From assembly GCF_009914755.1 (NCBI RefSeq), contig NC_060927.1: a stretch of 64,000 nt of DNA; one strand, written 5' to 3'. The stretch comes from the human T2T-CHM13v2.0 reference genome, Homo sapiens. Below the pieces are notes generated by a model. That model did not search any database, had not been told where the DNA came from, and saw only the letters and a program-made list of their open reading frames with translations. Both the position numbers and the translations under genes were made by a program. Positions 59,085 to 64,000 of the stretch are shown here, piece by piece (position 1 is the first letter of the stretch; every line of letters starts with the position of its first letter).

Positions 59085-59540
59085 GGGGAGGGTGGAGCCA
59101 GGATGGCCGAATAGGAACAGCTCCAGTCTACAGCTCCCAGCGTGAGCGACACAGAAGACAAATGATTCCTGCATTTCCAACTGAGGTACTGGGTTCATCT
59201 CACTGGGGAGTGCCAGACAGTGGGTGCAGGACAGTGGGCACAGCGCACCGAGTGTGAGTCGAAGCAAGGCGAGGCATCGCCTCACCTGGGAAGCGCAAGG
59301 GGTCAGGGAATTCCCCTTCCTAGCCAAGGGAAGCGGTGACAGATGGCACCTGGAAAATTGGGTCACTCTCACCCTAATACTGCGCTTTTCCAACGGTCTT
59401 AGCAAAAGGCACACCAGAAGATTGTATCTCGCTCCTGGCTCGAAGGGTCCTACGCCCACGAAGCCTCGCTCATTGCTAGCACAGCAGTCTGAGAGCAAAC
59501 TGCAAGGCAGCAGCCAGGCTGGGGGAGGGGCACCCACCAT
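59037..59540 (-). other. L1 ORF0-like antisense ORF, open for 167 aa
   Basis: MVGAPPPAWLLPCSLLSDCCASN... matches primate ORF0; ATG at 59540-59538; no stop until 59039-59037. Confidence 0.75.
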
Positions 59541-60101
59541 TGCCAAGGCTTGAGTAGGTAAACAAAGCAGCCAGGAAGCTCGAACTGGGTGGAGCCCACC
59601 GCAGCTCAAGGAGGCCTGCCTGCCTCTGTAGACTCCACCTCTGGGGGCAGGGCATAGCCAGAAACCTCTGCAGACTTAAATGTCCCTGTCTGACAGCTTT
59701 GAAGAGAGTAGTGGTTCTCCCAGCATGCAGCTTGAGATCTGAGAATGGACAGACTGCCTCCTCAAGTGGGTCCCTGACCCCCGAGTAGCCTAACTGAGAG
59801 ACACCCCCCAGTAGGGGCAGACTGACACCTCACACGGCCAGGTACTCCTCTGAGACAAAACTTCCAGAGGAACAATCAGGCAGCAACATTTGCTGTTCAC
59901 CAATATCCGCCATTCTATAGCCTCCGCTGGTGATACCCAGGCAAACAGGGTCTGGAGCGGACCTCCAGCAAACTCCAACAGATCTGCAGCTGAGGGTCCT
60001 GACTGTTAGAAGGAAAACTAACAAACAGAAAGGACATCCTCACCAAAACCTCATCTGTACATCACCATCATCAAAGACCAAAGGTAGATAAAACCACAAA
60101 G

Positions 60102-61118
60102 ATGGGGAAAAAACAGAGCAGAAAAGCTGAAAATTCTGAAAATCAGAGTGCCTCTCCTCCTCCAAAGGAACGCAGCTCATCACCGACAATGGAGCAAAGC
60201 TGGATGGAGAATGACTTTGATGATTTGAGAGAAGAAGGCTTCAGACGATCAAACTACTCAGAGCTAAAGGAGGAAGTTCGAACCCAAGGCAAAGAAGTTA
60301 AAAACCTTGGAAAAAGATTAGATGAAAGGCTAACTAGAATAATCAACACAGACAAGTCCTTAAAGGACCTGATGGAGCTGAAAACCACGGCATGAGAACT
60401 ACGTGACGAATGCACAAGCCTCAGTAGTCGATTCAATCAATTGGAAGAAAGGGTATCAGCGATGGAAGATCAAATGAATGAAATGAAGCGAGAAGATAAT
60501 TTTAGAGAAAAAAGAATAAAAAGAAAGGAACAAAGCCTCCAAGAAATATGGGACTACGTGAAAAGACCAAATCTATGTCTGACTGGTCTACCTGAAAGTG
60601 ACAGGGAGAATGGAACCAAGTTGGAAAACACTCTGCAGGATATTATCTAGGAGAACTTCCCCAATCTAGCAAGGCAGGCCAACATTCAAATTCAGGAAAT
60701 ACAGAGAACGCCACAAAGAGACTCCTCGAGAAGAGCAACTCCAAGACACATAATTGTCAGATTCACCAAAGTTGAAATGAAGGAAAAAATGTTAAGGGCA
60801 GCCAGAGAGAAAAGTCAGGTTACCCACAAAGGGAAGCACATCAGACTAACAGCTGATCTCTTGGCAGAAACTCTACAAGCCAGAACAGAGTGGGGGCCAA
60901 TATTCAACATTCTTAAAGAAAAGAATTTTCAACCCAGAATTTCATATCCAGCCAAACTAAGCTTCATAAGCGAAGGAGAAATAAAATACTTTACAGATAA
61001 GCAAATGCTGAGAGATTCTGTCACCACCAGGCCTGCCCTAAAAGAGTTCCTGAAGGAAGCACTAAATATGGAAAGGAACAACCGGTACCAGCCACTGCAA
61101 AAACATGCCAAAGCGTAA
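60102..61118 (+). pseudogene. L1 ORF1, inactivated
   Basis: MGKKQSRK...PLQKHAK in one frame with premature stops ending at 60395 and 60650. Confidence 0.93.
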
Positions 61119-61897
61119 AGACCATCGAGGCTAGGAAGAAACTGCATCAACTAACGAGCAAAATAACCAGCTAACATTATAATGACAGGATCAAATTCAC
61201 ACATAACAATATTAACCTTAAATTGTAAGTGGGCTAAATGCTCCAATTAAAAGACACAGACTGGCAAATTGTCAAGACCCATCAGTGTGCTGTATTCAGG
61301 AAACCCATCTCATGTGCAGAGACACACATAGGCTCAAAATAAAGGGATGGAAGAACATCTACTGAGCAAATGGAAAACAAAAAAAGGCAGGGGTTGCAAT
61401 CCTAGTCTCTGATAAAACAGACTTTAAACCAACAAAGATCAAAAGAGACAAAGAAGGCCATTACATAATGGTAAAGGGATCAATTCAACAAGAACAGCTA
61501 ACTATCCTAAACATATATGCACCCAATACAGGAGCACCCAGATTCATAAAGCAAGTCCTTAGAGACCTACAAAGACACTTAGACTCCCACACAATAATAA
61601 TGGGAGACTTTAACACACCACTGTCAACATTAGACAGATCAATGAGACAGAAAGTTAACAAGGATATCCAGGAATTGAACTCAGCTCTGCACCAAGCGGA
61701 CCTAATAGATATCTACAGAACTCTCCATCCCAAGTCAACAGAATATACATTCTTTTCAGCACCACACCACACCTATTCCAAAACTGACCACACAGTTGGA
61801 AGCAAAGCAATCCTCAGCAAATGTAAAAGAACAGAAATTATAACAAACTGTCTCTCAGACCACAGTGCAATCAAACGAGAACTCAGGATTAAGAAAC

Positions 61898-62191
61898 ATA
61901 CTCGTAGGCGTAAATCTAACCTTCTTCCCACAGCACATTCTCAGCTTATCTGGAATACCCCGATGTTATTCTGACTACCCCGACGCATATACCACGTGAA
62001 ATATTTTATCATCTGTAGGCTCATTCATCTCCTTAACAGCAGTAATATTAATAATTTTCATAACCTGAGAGGCCTTTGCTTCAAAATGGAAAGTTCTAAT
62101 AATTGAACAACCTTCCACTAACTTAGAGTGGTTATGTGGCTGCCCTCCACCCTACCATACGTTTGAAGAACCAGTCTACATAAAACCTAGA
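61898..62191 (+). pseudogene. NUMT: MT-CO1 3' fragment (possibly MTCO1P29, from memory)
   Basis: Translates (mt code) as ..[47 protein letters not shown]; ends in AGA. Confidence 0.95.
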
Positions 62192-62260
62192 CGAAAAAGG
62201 AAGGAATCCAACCCCCTAAAACTGGTTTCAAGCCAACCTCATAACCTCTATGACTTTTTC
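62192..62260 (-). pseudogene. NUMT: mt-tRNA-Ser(UCN) copy
   Basis: cgaaaaaggaaggaatc...ggtttcaagccaacc...tgactttttc, in mtDNA gene order. Confidence 0.92.
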
Positions 62261-62263
62261 AAC

Positions 62264-63034
<771 letters not shown>

Positions 63035-63037
63035 TAA

Positions 63038-63157
<120 letters not shown>

Positions 63158-63160
63158 TAG

Positions 63161-63382
<222 letters not shown>

Positions 63383-63385
63383 TGA

Positions 63386-64000
<615 letters not shown>

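Overview
Human (primate) genomic DNA from the HGD-RABL3 region (3q13.33, identified from the translated exons). Both genes are on the minus strand. RABL3 exons 3-8 (aa 47-236) lie at 49783-29701, with a long 3'UTR running down to about 26560 or 24850. Just downstream are the HGD promoter and exons 1-4 (aa 1-94) at about 22200-10293. Much of the rest is interspersed repeat: Alu, L1, L2, MIR, MaLR/ERV LTRs (including a MER11C solo LTR with TSD) and DNA-transposon MITEs. Four observations stand out. (1) Twin hairpins in HGD intron 1 share an identical 16-nt loop but have covarying stems. (2) A 623-bp COX1-tRNASer-tRNAAsp-COX2 NUMT sits inside ORF2 of an L1PA4-like element, which itself sits in an older L1. 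(3) That L1 has an open antisense ORF0 with a consensus donor in frame with RABL3 exon 3. (4) An in-frame RABL3-HGD read-through splice is possible. Repeat subfamily names come from recalled consensus sequences and need RepeatMasker confirmation. All functional claims are predictions.
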